64,000 nucleotides of DNA from a virus (lineage: Duplodnaviria > Caudoviricetes), in IMG/VR virus record IMGVR_UViG_3300031992_000019; one strand, written 5' to 3'. Positions 36,968-47,751 of the stretch are shown here, in pieces. Position 1 is the first letter of the stretch. The number at the start of each line of letters is the position of its first letter. The translations under genes and the position numbers were made by a program. The notes below the pieces were generated by a model. It made no database searches. It was not told the origin of the DNA and worked only from the letters and a program-made list of their open reading frames with translations.

Positions 36968-39900
36968 ATTGACCTAATGTAATTGTCCCAGTCGTTCATG
37001 AATGCCCTCATCTGCCTAATGGCGGTTCGCATTTCCGAAGTATCTTCGTGGATGCCCTGCACCTCAAGGTACGTTTCGGATATCTGCCGTGCGATGCCCA
37101 AGATATAATTGGTTCTCTCTGCGGCTATCGCTTGTAAAGTGGTTATCTGGCTCTGCGAGAGGTTCACCAAGGATGCACCGAAGGAGTTTATCGCAGACTT
37201 TATATCCTGCTGACCCAACTGGATGGCGGTCATTCTTCCGTTCGCTTCGTCTATGGAGTCTTGGCTTACGTTAGATGCCACCTTTGACGAACCGCTTGAA
37301 GATGAGGTGTCTTGGTCATACCCAGTCATTTCCGCGATGAGATTCCTCGCCTCAAGTGCTTCGTTGGCATACTCCTTGTATTGAGCCTTCAGTTTGGCTA
37401 TCTGGCTCTCGCTCAAAGTGCCGTTTTGGTTGGAGAGAAGGGTGTAGTAGTTGTTGTACCAGTCCTCGAGGTTCTTTTGGAGCATAGTGCCGATTTGGTT
37501 GTTCACGATGCTCTGCATCATATATTTCGACACATCGTCAATGAAGTCCTCTGCGGTACTATTCATATCCATAAGGTTGGATGTGAAGTTGTCGAACATC
37601 GAGTCGAAGGTGATGCCCGTAAGACGCTCCTTGATTTGGTCTTCCAAGTCCTTTATCGCCTCGTCACCATTTATGATGTCCTCAAGGAACTCTCTAAAGT
37701 CATCGTCAAGTTTCGACCAGAAGAGGGAATAGTTGTCCCTCACCTCTTCGAGCTGCTTGCCCGTCATCTTCGTAAGGTCGGAGATGTCCCCGATACCTAT
37801 CGAGCGGTAGTATTCGGACAGTTCCTTGTTCATCCTCACCCCATAGGAGTGTGACCCCATAGACGCGCCAGCACCAAGTCTTTCCCTCGCGAGTTCTGCT
37901 GCGGCTTTCTGCTGCTCCTTGACGAGGTTCATAGCCTCCTTGGATGCCTTCACCGCCTCATTGCCCCACGATTCGCTCAAATACTCCTTCTTCTTGTCTA
38001 TGAGGGTGTCCCAGATGGATATCAGCTCTTGATACTCCGCTTTCGCGTCCTCGTAGTCCGAATCGTCCTTGGTGAATCCCAAGAGGTCTGCTGCTGCCGT
38101 TGCCAACTGGATGGCTGCGGAGATGATAGCCAAGATAGCGGATGCCTTCTCTATTGTTGATATAGAGTCGGATGCAAGCTGCGAAGCAGTCATCATCGCT
38201 CCTCCCACCGAAGATACCATAGTGCCGATACCCTTGATGTATTTGGCGGTCTCTCCTCCGAACTGCTCAAGGTCGCCACCTACCTTGTTCACCGCACCAC
38301 CCAGTTTCTCAAGGTTTTGCCCCGTCTGGTTGAGGGACTTCTTGACGCGGTTGCCAGTGTTGGCGACATTATCCTCGGCTTGCGCCTGTCTATTACGTGC
38401 ATTGGTGAGGTCTTGCGTGGCCTTGAGGACTACGGTTGTCGCTTGCCCCCTCTGCGCCCTCATCAAGTCCTCCTCTGCCGTATATACGTTCTGCGTGGCT
38501 TCGGCTAACCTGTTTTGAGCCTCGGCATAGAGTTCGGCATTATCTATCACCTCTTGGTTGGAGAGGTTCTCTTGTGCGTCTGCCTCTGCCCTACGTGCAT
38601 CCTCTATCCTCCTACGATATTCCTCAATTTGCTCTTCGGAATAGGTGAATACCCCGTTGTCCTCGCTCTCAAATAGCGAGTTGCGGTTGTTCTCCGCACT
38701 CCTTACGCTTTCTTGGCTTCGGACGAGTTCGTCTTGGGCGGCTTTGTAGTCCTTGAAGTTCCTTATCAGGGATTTCAACGGATTTCTTTTGATGAGTTCG
38801 TTCTCGATTCTCCCCATCTCCTGCGCAAAGACCTTGATGTCCTTGGGGTCGAGGTCTGCCATAGACTCCTTGGCGGCTTCGATGTTCTCCCTCAAGGTTT
38901 TAAGGGATTCCGTGGATGCCGCCTCTATGTCGTTGAAGGCTTGGAAGAATGTCGGGTCGGACTTTATCTGCTCGATAGCCAATGATGCTATCGCCTTCGT
39001 CTCCTGCCCACCCAAGGTGAGGAGTTCGCCCCTTAACCTTCTGTTTAGTTCGAGCGCGGTGTTCTTCTCTATCTCCGAAGAAGTCTGCGAGGCGATGACC
39101 TTCTCGTTCTTGGCTATATCCAGTTCTATGTCCCTCTTCTTCGTGGCATACTCCCTATCAATAGCCTCCCTACGTTTGTAGTATTCGAGATACTTGTTCT
39201 CGGACTCACCCTTGTAGGCATTGGCGATGGCTTCCTCCCTCTGACGCTCGTAGAGCCGTTTTAACCACTCGTCTTGCGTACTTTCTATCTTGACCCTATA
39301 ACTCTCCGTTATCTCGGTCAATCGCTGCTCCAGCGAACCGTATTTGGAAATGTAGTCGTGGAATGCCTTGTCAGCCTCAAACTCGATTTGTATTCTTCGC
39401 CCGTCAATGCCCGTGAGAATCCTTTGCAGGTCTTTTAGTTCCTCAAGGGCATCCCCGTCAATCTCTGGTGTGATGGTGATTATCCTGCCTAATTGTTCGG
39501 CGGTGAGTTCCTTGATTTCCTCTTGCCCTCTTTCCTTGAGAATCTTGTTGGCTTTCTCAACGGCTTTCCGTCTATCGGACTCGTTCTCCGCGAGGTTCTT
39601 CCTTCGGTCGGCTTCCTCTTTCGCGTACTTCTTGAGTAGTTCGGCTGACGAATCATATTTGAGGTTCGAGGACTTTATTTCGGACTGATAGGCTTTCTCG
39701 GCTGCGGCTGCAAGTTTCTGGTAGGTCTCCGACTTTTCAAGGATGGCTTTCTTGGAATTTTCAAACGCGGAATCCTTGGCTTCGGGATTGGCGGCTTTCC
39801 ACTCGGCTTTCGCGGCTTCCTCGGCGGCTTTTTTCCTGTCCTTCTTCTGCTGCTCTATCCTCTGGAGTTCCTTCTTGTGGTCGAAGTCCCTTTGGGCGAT

Positions 39901-42900
39901 GATTTTCTCCGAGCCGTCACGCATCGAATCAATCCTCGACTGCGTTTCCGCGTTGTCTGCCTCGCGCTGCTCCTTCTCGATTTTAAGTCGGTTGTCCTTC
40001 AATACCCTTCTTCGGTTCTCTGCCTCTTGCTCCAACTTGTCGGCGATGTCACCGCCAGCATCCTTATACGCACCTTGCGCCTCTTGCATCTCCTGCCCCA
40101 GAAGGTTGTTGAACTCCTGCGCCTGCACTTGGGAAAGCTGACCATTCTGTCCCTCAATCATTTCGAGGATTTTCTTCAGTTTCTCGTTAGACTTGAGGAG
40201 TTCCTTTTCCGCGTCATTGAAGACAAAGTTACCTTGGGCGAACTTCTTCTGGATGGTCTTGATGAGGTTCTCCCTTTTCTTGGCTTCCTTCCGTAATTCT
40301 TCGGTGGTACGGGTGTTGTTGAGTTCGGTTTCCGACTTCGTGGCTTGTTTCTCCGCGTCCTCGGCTTGCTTGCGTGCGTTGTCAACGGTGTTTTGCGCCT
40401 TCTCCGCAGCCAACCCCACCCACTTGGCTAATCTTCCGAGGATGGATTCTTGGTCTTTGAGCGCAGTTATATCAAGTTCGATGGGCAACTGGACGGGCGA
40501 GGTCTTGATTTTCTCTATGTCCGCTTCGTTCAAGGCTTCGAGGAGTTTCTTCCTCAAAGTGTTCTCATCGAAGTTCACCCATTCGGACACCTCTATGCCC
40601 TTTTCTTGCGCTTGGGTGAGAAGGTCATCCGTACTCATCGTATATCTGTCCTGCACATCCTTGGCGGCTTTGTAGATTTCAAACCTCTCCTTGGCTGCAT
40701 CTGCCGCATCCCTCTCCAGCTTGACCCTCTCGCTTAAAGGTTTCTTGGCATACTCCTCCTCCTCGCGCATCTTCTCCATGCCCTTGATGGATGCTTCGTT
40801 GTTCTTATGGAAGTCCTCCATAAACTTGAGCATCTCGCTCATGGACTGCTTGCCCTCTTCGGGGTTGAGGTCTTGGTAGAGGTCGGCAAGTCCTTGCGCG
40901 TTTTCCGTGCCTATCTGTTCTAATTCCTCGCGACGTTTCTTCATCTCATCGCTCATCTTGGCACTCGTTATGATGGTTCTATATTCGTAGGCTTGCTCTT
41001 GGGAAAGGAGTTTGCCACCGATATTCTCATAGTCGGTGTATCTTCCAGCCTCCTCGACCTGCTGCTTCCTATCGTCCTCGTCCTTTCTCCTCCTTACCCT
41101 CTGCGCATCCTTCTTGACCTTATCAAGTTGTTCGGGTGTCATCTGGGCAAGTTGGTAGGCGGTGTACTTCTCCGTCAATTCGGGGAGGATTTCCGAAAGT
41201 TTCTTGTATGCCTCATACCTTTCGAGTTCGGTTGAGTTCTCGTTGCTTATGATGTCAGCAAGGGATTCCTCTTCTTCCCTCCTCTTTTTTAGACCTTCAA
41301 GATACCTCTGGTTCTCATCGGCTACCTTTCGCGTGGCTCTCTCCTGCTCGGTTTCTGCGGTTACTCCGTAGTAGATTATCCCGACAAGCGCGGCAATGGC
41401 TGCTGCCATCAATACATAAGGATTGGAAAGCGCGGCTTTGGTGTTCTCTATCATAGAGGCGGTGAGCATCTTGAATGACCCAGCCAAAGTGAGATTGGAG
41501 GTTGTATGCGCCTTCTTTGCTATCGCCGACCTTATGTGACGTTTCTCCGAATTGCTTGCGGCTACGGCTTCGATGAGTTGTGCTTGTGAGGCATCCTTTG
41601 TTGCAACGGCTGCTATCAGTGATGCTTTGGCATCGGCATCCCTCGCTACCTTGTTGATAAGCATAGCCTTGGTCTGCGCATCCGTGGCCACTTTGTTGAT
41701 GACCTTTGCCTTGGTGTCGGCATCCGTGGCAAGCGAAAGCGCGATTGTAGCCAACCTCAACCCTGTCTGCCCTCCTTGTGCTGCCGTGTTTGTCGCCCTC
41801 ATCAAAAGAAGTGCGGTTCTATAAGTACCGAAGGTAGCCACGGCAAACCCCATCCACTTGGCGATATCCTTCCAGTGCTCCACCATAGCACTACGCATCT
41901 TGAGGGACTTAATCTTCGCACCCTCAAACATCTGCCCCATCTCGTTATACATCGAGTGAAGGTTGTCTGCCAACTGACCTTCCTCTGCGGAGATGTTGTT
42001 GAGTTGCGCTGCCATGATGCCGTGGAACTGACCGCCCTCTTGTGTTAGGTGGTCTAACACTTGGTTGAGTTGCTCGAAGGTGATTTTGGTGGACGAGGAG
42101 GCAATACCCATCTCGTTCATAATGTCTTTTAGGACGATGCCTTGCGATGCCCACGACTGCTGCATCTGCCCGTTTACATAACCGATGGACTTCGCCCTGT
42201 TATACATGTCCACAAGCTGACCCAACGGCTTGTGTGTGGCGGTGGCTACCTCGGACAACTGATTAAGTCGGGGAATGATGGTTTCCACGGCTTGACCATA
42301 GGCGAGCATCTGCTTCGACCCCTCTACAAGGTCGGAGAACTCGAACATATTGTAGTACGCGGCATCCTCCAACTCACCGACAAACTTCTGCGACTTGGAC
42401 TTGTCCCCAAGAAACACATCCATCGTGCTCTGGATGTCCTGCATCTCCTCCCTTACCTTGAGGCTCTGGTCATACACACCCTTTAACTTGGAGTATGCTC
42501 CTTCCAAACCCATAGTGAAGAGATTGCCCACGGACACGCCCGTAGCCACACTCACTATGTCATTGAGGATATTCTTTACCTCGTTTCCCCCTTCCTGTAA
42601 TCTCGCGAAAGCCTCGCCAAGTCCGTCATCTATCCTATCCGCAGCATCGGCAGCACCCTCCGTAGCACCCTCCATGATATACTTGTAGATGCCATTCTCC
42701 TTGAGGTTGATGGCTCGCTCTGTATTGAGTTCGGAAAGGTCAAAGGCATATTCCCCCTCCTTTGTCTGCGCGTCTTGGAGTTCGGAATGTGCATCGGCAA
42801 GTTTCTTCCTCGCATCAGCCAGCTTCTGCACGTCACCAGTTCGGAAAGCCTCAAGGGAAGCCGCCTCAAGTTTTTCGATGTCCTTGATGAGCCTGCCTAT

Positions 42901-43185
42901 CGTTGCCCTCTCCCCGTCAAGTGCCGACCTTACGTTGGAAATCTTCTGGGTGAGTTCCTTGTCCCTTATCGCGAAAGCCTCTTGCATCCTCGCCCCGTCC
43001 TTCGCGGCATCGGAAACGAGTTCCGCGAGCTTTCTTCGCGCATCTGCAAGATTGCCGTTGAGCTTGTCAAAGTTCTTCGTGCCGTAGTCGGCATTGTCGA
43101 GTGCCTTTTCCAGACTCTCTATCTCTTTTCTTAACCTCAAAGCCTCGGTGTAGTCGGCTTCGACATTGAATGCAAGTAATGCCAT
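36964..43185 (-). CDS. Tape measure protein
   Basis: 2073 aa, helical and Ala/Glu/Lys-rich, tape-measure core (QMLAYG...GGQFHG), after the tail chaperones. Confidence 0.92.
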   Translation of the reverse strand: MALLAFNVEADYTEALRLRKEIESLEKALDNADYGTKNFDKLNGNLADARRKLAELVSDAAKDGARMQEAFAIRDKELTQKISNVRSALDGERATIGRLIKDIEKLEAASLEAFRTGDVQKLADARKKLADAHSELQDAQTKEGEYAFDLSELNTERAINLKENGIYKYIMEGATEGAADAADRIDDGLGEAFARLQEGGNEVKNILNDIVSVATGVSVGNLFTMGLEGAYSKLKGVYDQSLKVREEMQDIQSTMDVFLGDKSKSQKFVGELEDAAYYNMFEFSDLVEGSKQMLAYGQAVETIIPRLNQLSEVATATHKPLGQLVDMYNRAKSIGYVNGQMQQSWASQGIVLKDIMNEMGIASSSTKITFEQLNQVLDHLTQEGGQFHGIMAAQLNNISAEEGQLADNLHSMYNEMGQMFEGAKIKSLKMRSAMVEHWKDIAKWMGFAVATFGTYRTALLLMRATNTAAQGGQTGLRLATIALSLATDADTKAKVINKVATDAQTKAMLINKVARDADAKASLIAAVATKDASQAQLIEAVAASNSEKRHIRSAIAKKAHTTSNLTLAGSFKMLTASMIENTKAALSNPYVLMAAAIAALVGIIYYGVTAETEQERATRKVADENQRYLEGLKKRREEEESLADIISNENSTELERYEAYKKLSEILPELTEKYTAYQLAQMTPEQLDKVKKDAQRVRRRKDEDDRKQQVEEAGRYTDYENIGGKLLSQEQAYEYRTIITSAKMSDEMKKRREELEQIGTENAQGLADLYQDLNPEEGKQSMSEMLKFMEDFHKNNEASIKGMEKMREEEEYAKKPLSERVKLERDAADAAKERFEIYKAAKDVQDRYTMSTDDLLTQAQEKGIEVSEWVNFDENTLRKKLLEALNEADIEKIKTSPVQLPIELDITALKDQESILGRLAKWVGLAAEKAQNTVDNARKQAEDAEKQATKSETELNNTRTTEELRKEAKKRENLIKTIQKKFAQGNFVFNDAEKELLKSNEKLKKILEMIEGQNGQLSQVQAQEFNNLLGQEMQEAQGAYKDAGGDIADKLEQEAENRRRVLKDNRLKIEKEQREADNAETQSRIDSMRDGSEKIIAQRDFDHKKELQRIEQQKKDRKKAAEEAAKAEWKAANPEAKDSAFENSKKAILEKSETYQKLAAAAEKAYQSEIKSSNLKYDSSAELLKKYAKEEADRRKNLAENESDRRKAVEKANKILKERGQEEIKELTAEQLGRIITITPEIDGDALEELKDLQRILTGIDGRRIQIEFEADKAFHDYISKYGSLEQRLTEITESYRVKIESTQDEWLKRLYERQREEAIANAYKGESENKYLEYYKRREAIDREYATKKRDIELDIAKNEKVIASQTSSEIEKNTALELNRRLRGELLTLGGQETKAIASLAIEQIKSDPTFFQAFNDIEAASTESLKTLRENIEAAKESMADLDPKDIKVFAQEMGRIENELIKRNPLKSLIRNFKDYKAAQDELVRSQESVRSAENNRNSLFESEDNGVFTYSEEQIEEYRRRIEDARRAEADAQENLSNQEVIDNAELYAEAQNRLAEATQNVYTAEEDLMRAQRGQATTVVLKATQDLTNARNRQAQAEDNVANTGNRVKKSLNQTGQNLEKLGGAVNKVGGDLEQFGGETAKYIKGIGTMVSSVGGAMMTASQLASDSISTIEKASAILAIISAAIQLATAAADLLGFTKDDSDYEDAKAEYQELISIWDTLIDKKKEYLSESWGNEAVKASKEAMNLVKEQQKAAAELARERLGAGASMGSHSYGVRMNKELSEYYRSIGIGDISDLTKMTGKQLEEVRDNYSLFWSKLDDDFREFLEDIINGDEAIKDLEDQIKERLTGITFDSMFDNFTSNLMDMNSTAEDFIDDVSKYMMQSIVNNQIGTMLQKNLEDWYNNYYTLLSNQNGTLSESQIAKLKAQYKEYANEALEARNLIAEMTGYDQDTSSSSGSSKVASNVSQDSIDEANGRMTAIQLGQQDIKSAINSFGASLVNLSQSQITTLQAIAAERTNYILGIARQISETYLEVQGIHEDTSEMRTAIRQMRAFMNDWDNYIRSI

Positions 43186-43442
43186 TATTTCTGTTTTCGT
43201 CTTGCGGCCATTTCACGACCAGTTATCTTTTTAACCTTCGCACCCATAACGGTGTGGAGTTTGTCCTTTTGCATAATAAGGAGATTGCGGTAAGGAATCT
43301 CATACACCACCTCTCGATAGGAAAGATGCAGCTCCTCCATGAACGTAGCAATCTGCCCGAGTAAAGTCGCGTTGCCCGCTACTTCGGTCTTGCTATCAGC
43401 ATCGCCACGTTCTTGGTCAAAGCCGATAGCTTGAAGAAATTT
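43185..43442 (-). CDS. Tail assembly chaperone GT extension (-1 frameshift product)
   Basis: Slippery A AAT TTC at 43436-43442; -1 frame open to TAA 43185 (…FMEELHLSYREVVYEIPYRNLLIMQKDK…). Confidence 0.7.
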   Translation of the reverse strand, partial: KFLQAIGFDQERGDADSKTEVAGNATLLGQIATFMEELHLSYREVVYEIPYRNLLIMQKDKLHTVMGAKVKKITGREMAARRKQK

Positions 43443-43762
43443 TCGGTGGAGATGAGGGAAAGACCCTTCTCTATCCCGTTGACTATCTCGTCAAAAGTAC
43501 CCTTGGAGAGTTCCTCCGTCAGACTTTCGTCCCCAGTGATTAGGTAGCTCAATGCCTTGGCACACCCCTCCGCTCCGTATAGGGCGGTCTGCAATATCGT
43601 GCTTATGTCACGAGCCTCGCCCAGCTCACCCAAGGAATGACCGACACCAGCCAAGATATGTATCGTGGGCGGTTTTATCACATAGCATTTCCCGTTCACA
43701 AAGCACGTTGCGATATCATACCCCAACAGGGCACTTGATACTAATTTACTCCCTTTGCTCAT
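43379..43762 (-). CDS. Tail assembly chaperone G
   Basis: Between the major tail and TMP genes; start MSKGSK. Confidence 0.75.
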   Translation of the reverse strand: MSKGSKLVSSALLGYDIATCFVNGKCYVIKPPTIHILAGVGHSLGELGEARDISTILQTALYGAEGCAKALSYLITGDESLTEELSKGTFDEIVNGIEKGLSLISTENFFKLSALTKNVAMLIARPK

Positions 43763-43830
43763 AATATGAAAATCGGGATGCACGGGATTTTCTCCCACAC
43801 ATCCCGAAGAAATGAATATGAAGACCTTAT

Positions 43831-44394
43831 TTAGTCAACCTCGTCCTCGTCGAACCAAAGTTCTGGCGAAAGCAGCTCGTTCTGCGGCTCCATCGCAGTT
43901 GCGTTGCAAGCCAGACCGATAGCACCATCGGTGTTTGCTTCGCGGGTGTTGATGTTCGCGTAGGGAAGGACGATGTACTGCTTGTCCTCGGTACGGGCGA
44001 CAATAATCTTCCTCAAGTCCACAGTGCCACGCGCACGCGCCCAGCCTACGGCATCACCGCCTTGGTTGGTGATAACCGTGCCGCCCAAGAGGTCAGCCTT
44101 GGTCTGGTAGTCATAGCGACCGATGGTGAAGTTAATCTGAACCTCTCCCATCGTCTTCGACCCCATTCGGTAAACCGAACCCGTGAGCTGGTTCTTGTAG
44201 GAGTCCTGCGAAGATTCGGTTTCCTCAATCTGCCAAGTGTCCTGATGGACGTTCTTGATTTCCTTGGTGGTGTTGGCCTCAATGAGAGCCTTCACGTTAG
44301 CACCAGTGACCTGTGCATTGAGGGAATCCCACGCGGTGTAGTCCGCATACCAAATCTTCTCGACATCTACTCCCGATACTTGTTTGTTTGCCAT
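43831..44394 (-). CDS. Major tail (tube) protein
   Basis: Position; NVHQDTW...YKNQLTG..YR...FTIG.YD. Confidence 0.8.
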   Translation of the reverse strand: MANKQVSGVDVEKIWYADYTAWDSLNAQVTGANVKALIEANTTKEIKNVHQDTWQIEETESSQDSYKNQLTGSVYRMGSKTMGEVQINFTIGRYDYQTKADLLGGTVITNQGGDAVGWARARGTVDLRKIIVARTEDKQYIVLPYANINTREANTDGAIGLACNATAMEPQNELLSPELWFDEDEVD

Positions 44395-44784
44395 TTATTT
44401 TACATTTAGAATGTTAAACAATAGACGTAAATTCACGTAGTGACAACGAAGTTGCCTGTCCTCCTCTGTGTTCGTTCCCGCCCACTTAATCCTGAATGTT
44501 GTCCCATCATACTCTCCAACGATGGACTCAAAGAGTTCCATTCCCGCCCTTTCAAGCTCTTGGAGGGTACGCCTGTCCGCTTCACCCTCTATGTCGGGTG
44601 CGGAGAGGTTCACCATAATAAAACACTTGTTCCAGTATGTCTCTGGGGTAAGTGTATCGGAGAATATCGTCACCCTCGGCTCTGTCACCTCACCCCTCGG
44701 GATGTTGCCCCTCTGATATACGGGGAATCCAAGGGATAGGGCATAGTTGTGGACGATATTTACCGCATCGGTGGTGGTTATCAT
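44395..44784 (-). CDS. Tail terminator-like protein
   Basis: Position; CHYVNLRLLF. Confidence 0.65.
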   Translation of the reverse strand: MITTTDAVNIVHNYALSLGFPVYQRGNIPRGEVTEPRVTIFSDTLTPETYWNKCFIMVNLSAPDIEGEADRRTLQELERAGMELFESIVGEYDGTTFRIKWAGTNTEEDRQLRCHYVNLRLLFNILNVK

Positions 44785-45077
44785 TCAAAGACTTTTTTAA
44801 GTTGCTGCTCCGCGAAGAGTGCCGCCGCGCCTACCACCGTGAAGCCTTTCGACTCGACATAGGAGGCATATTCGGCGACATTCATTATGGTCAGTCCATT
44901 GGGTGTTACAAAGTATCGGTTCGAGGCACGCAGATGTCCAGTGTGGTCTTGGTAGTTGCCCGTGGCTTTCGCGTAGGACACCGCCTTTCTCCCCACCTTG
45001 TCCATCTCGTTCATCACCTCTTCTACCCCCTCCTTGAAGAATTTATCTACATCGGAGAAGTCCTTCCTTACACCCAT
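44781..45077 (-). CDS. HK97 gp10-like neck protein
   Basis: YQDHTGHLRAS...AEYASYVESKG. Confidence 0.75.
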   Translation of the reverse strand: MGVRKDFSDVDKFFKEGVEEVMNEMDKVGRKAVSYAKATGNYQDHTGHLRASNRYFVTPNGLTIMNVAEYASYVESKGFTVVGAAALFAEQQLKKVFE

Positions 45078-45382
45078 ATCACGGAATAGTTTAGCTTGTT
45101 GGTTCGGATGACTCTGTTGACTTTCCCACGTCCCCTCACCTTCTCACCGTCATAGGCTATAACCTCATCCCCCGCTTGGATTTCGGTCTTTCCCTCTATG
45201 ACGATTTTGTAAGTTGAGCGATAGACTGTGCCGTTGTCGCTGATGAGGTCTTGCGTGGAATCGTCATCACATCGGCATCCTCCCCCGTCAAGCCATTCCC
45301 CCTCCGAAGATACGGGTCTTCCGTACTCGTCGCGCGACACTTGGGGTCGGCGGTAGGTTAGCGTATGAGGTTTGTAGAACAT
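45068..45382 (-). CDS. Head closure/adaptor protein
   Basis: DEYGRP...CRCDD; position. Confidence 0.65.
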   Translation of the reverse strand: MFYKPHTLTYRRPQVSRDEYGRPVSSEGEWLDGGGCRCDDDSTQDLISDNGTVYRSTYKIVIEGKTEIQAGDEVIAYDGEKVRGRGKVNRVIRTNKLNYSVIWV

Positions 45383-45383
45383 A

Positions 45384-45725
45384 TCACCACTTTCCAGTTC
45401 TATCGGTTATTACATTCATGTCGAGTGCAGCCGTGGCTTCTTCGTCAGGCTTTACTCCCCACTTCCGACACAACCATAGATAGAACTTGCCGAGGTTGGC
45501 ATAATCCCACGTCTCCGAGAATCCGTTTTCCGAGATGCTTTTCAGCCTTGGCTGGAAAAGGATGCTTTCTATACCCGAACATAGGGCGCGACCCACTGCG
45601 GCTTGGTTCTCCGCAGTATAGTCATCCGTTTCCTCCATCCCCGACTCCAAGAGGATGTCGAAGATGGTGGTCTCGTTCACCCCATACGGGTTCAACGTGG
45701 TTCTTATGTACTCTCCTATGGTCAT
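45384..45725 (-). CDS. Head-tail connector protein
   Basis: SISENGFS.TWD; position. Confidence 0.65.
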   Translation of the reverse strand: MTIGEYIRTTLNPYGVNETTIFDILLESGMEETDDYTAENQAAVGRALCSGIESILFQPRLKSISENGFSETWDYANLGKFYLWLCRKWGVKPDEEATAALDMNVITDRTGKW

Positions 45726-46078
45726 TTCTTCTTCCTCTTACGCTTTGGTTCGGGGGTTTCTTCGGTGACATCCTTCCCCGTTTCATCGGATGTTTCCGAC
45801 TCTTCGGTTTCGGGATTTTTGTCCAAGACCTTTTCCGTGTTATCGGATGTTTCCGACTCCGTGGTTTCGGTCACTTCCGAACTTTCGTCCGTTGTCTGGG
45901 TGTTTTCCTCACTACCCTCGGTAGGGGGAGTTTCGGGAATCTCCTTCCACTCCTCCACCAAGTGTAAGCTAATGAGGGTCTTGCCCCTTTCCTCATCCAC
46001 CTCAAGGGTTTCCCCAATATGGTGAACAAGAGTGAACCTCGTCTTGTCACGGAACTCATTGAGAACAACAACCTTCAT
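45722..46078 (-). CDS. Acidic low-complexity protein after the capsid gene
   Basis: FRDK......GE.LEV..ER...L..LV N-terminus, E/T-rich linker, basic end. Confidence 0.65.
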   Translation of the reverse strand: MKVVVLNEFRDKTRFTLVHHIGETLEVDEERGKTLISLHLVEEWKEIPETPPTEGSEENTQTTDESSEVTETTESETSDNTEKVLDKNPETEESETSDETGKDVTEETPEPKRKRKKK

Positions 46079-46090
46079 TGTCAGAACGTG

Positions 46091-47176
46091 TTATGCCTGC
46101 ACCGTCTTCGAGTCGAGGGTGTAGATGCGGTCAACATTGTTGATTACGGGGAGTACCATAGCCTGCGAAGCGGTGAACTCGCGCAGTGGGTCAACGAGAG
46201 AATACTTGGAAACCAAGATGTACTCGTCGGCGGTCTGGTAATCCACGTTGGGAACACGGCGGGTTGCCTCGGCTACGTCACTCCAAACGAGGTCGCCAAG
46301 TTTGGTGTCGCAGGTGAAGACAACCATACCCTCCTGCCAAGGATTGTGGTTCTGCTTCTTGCCGTTGATTTCGGTCTTAATCTTCCTTGCCACGCGGTGG
46401 ATGTTGACACCCCACTTGGTCTGGATGACCTGCGCAGCCTTGTCGAAGTCAAGGGTAGGAACGGTGTTGTTGTTGGTGGTAACGCCCATGTCGAAGGCAT
46501 ACTGACCGCGAACTTGTTTGTTCTTGTAGAGGCGGGTGAGCGCGAAGTCATCAAGCCAAATGTCGGTGATGGTGTTCTGGTCATCCACGGCCTTGTCGAA
46601 AATCTTCTGCATGTCGTCGATGGGGAGGGCATTCTCCACGTCATTCCACAGGGTTGCTACACCGAACTTGTGGGAGTCGAGATAACCCACGTCCACACGG
46701 ACACCAGTGCCGTTGTTGGCATACGAAAGACCCACGCCAGTGGAAAGCTCCGAAAGGAAGATGTCCTCGATGCGCTCCCAGATGGCCTCGATGACACGGG
46801 GAGTGTCCTCGAAAATCTTGCGGGCAATCATCGGGAATGGACGCTGCTGTGCTACCATAGCGTCGATGTCCTTCATCTGCTTCTCCGAAAGGTACATCTT
46901 GAGACCCATCTTCGGAATCTCGCCCTGTGCGGTCGAGAGCGCGTCACGGCTCTTGAGTGGGAGTTCGGAGTCAAGAGAAACCACATCGGCGGCTACGCGG
47001 GTGTACTCCGCAAGCACGCTTGCCCAGCGACCATCGGGCGAATAGGTGGTGTCAAGAAGGTCACGGAAGAAATAGGGAAGGGTCTGCTGCCTCTTCTCAT
47101 TGAGCTTCTCCACAATCTCGGTGACGAGGGAGGGGAAGTTCTCGTGGACAAATTCAAAGTATAATGACTTGTTCAT
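46091..47176 (-). CDS. Major capsid protein (lambda E-like/HK97 fold)
   Basis: 361 aa after scaffold/decoration; AADVVSLDSELPLKSR, GEIPKMG, DPLREFT.SQA..LPV. Confidence 0.85.
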   Translation of the reverse strand: MNKSLYFEFVHENFPSLVTEIVEKLNEKRQQTLPYFFRDLLDTTYSPDGRWASVLAEYTRVAADVVSLDSELPLKSRDALSTAQGEIPKMGLKMYLSEKQMKDIDAMVAQQRPFPMIARKIFEDTPRVIEAIWERIEDIFLSELSTGVGLSYANNGTGVRVDVGYLDSHKFGVATLWNDVENALPIDDMQKIFDKAVDDQNTITDIWLDDFALTRLYKNKQVRGQYAFDMGVTTNNNTVPTLDFDKAAQVIQTKWGVNIHRVARKIKTEINGKKQNHNPWQEGMVVFTCDTKLGDLVWSDVAEATRRVPNVDYQTADEYILVSKYSLVDPLREFTASQAMVLPVINNVDRIYTLDSKTVQA

Positions 47177-47187
47177 TTCTTATGGTT

Positions 47188-47733
47188 TTAGGCGTTATAC
47201 ACCGTCCCCACATTCTCGTCCTTCTGGAAGATGATGTGAGGCACTGCGGCAAGGAAGGCACTCTTGATGCTCTCGATGCTGACATACATACACTCTGGGT
47301 TCACCACGCCGTCATACATGATGGATGACTGGGGGTTGGTCTTCTCGATGGTGCGGTAGTTGATACCCACGTACTTTGCACCTTGTGGGAGCGACCCATA
47401 GACATAGGTCTGCTCGCCATCCTCGTTGAGGACAGGCTTGGTGATGGCTACGGGGTTCTCCACACCTGCTGCGGTGGCTGCTGCCGAGGTCTCGTAGGTG
47501 GTGGTGGCATCGGCTGATGCTCCATATACGGTGGTAGTGGCGGCACTTACGGGCATTGGAGAATATACACCTTCCTTCTCGATGATGACGTGACCCGCTG
47601 GAATTACCGAAAGGGGGAATCCTTCAACCTTCAAGGTACGACCCCCAGGGATGCCCGAGATGAACTTCTGGACTACAACCGAGTCCAAGCCGAAAAGAAT
47701 CCCGCGCTTTCCGCGATTTGCATTTGCAATCAT
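47188..47733 (-). CDS. Head decoration protein
   Basis: DSVV..K.I.GIPGGRTL...IPAGHVI; position. Confidence 0.7.
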   Translation of the reverse strand: MIANANRGKRGILFGLDSVVVQKFISGIPGGRTLKVEGFPLSVIPAGHVIIEKEGVYSPMPVSAATTTVYGASADATTTYETSAAATAAGVENPVAITKPVLNEDGEQTYVYGSLPQGAKYVGINYRTIEKTNPQSSIMYDGVVNPECMYVSIESIKSAFLAAVPHIIFQKDENVGTVYNA

Positions 47734-47751
47734 TGTCTTTGTTTTCTTGTT

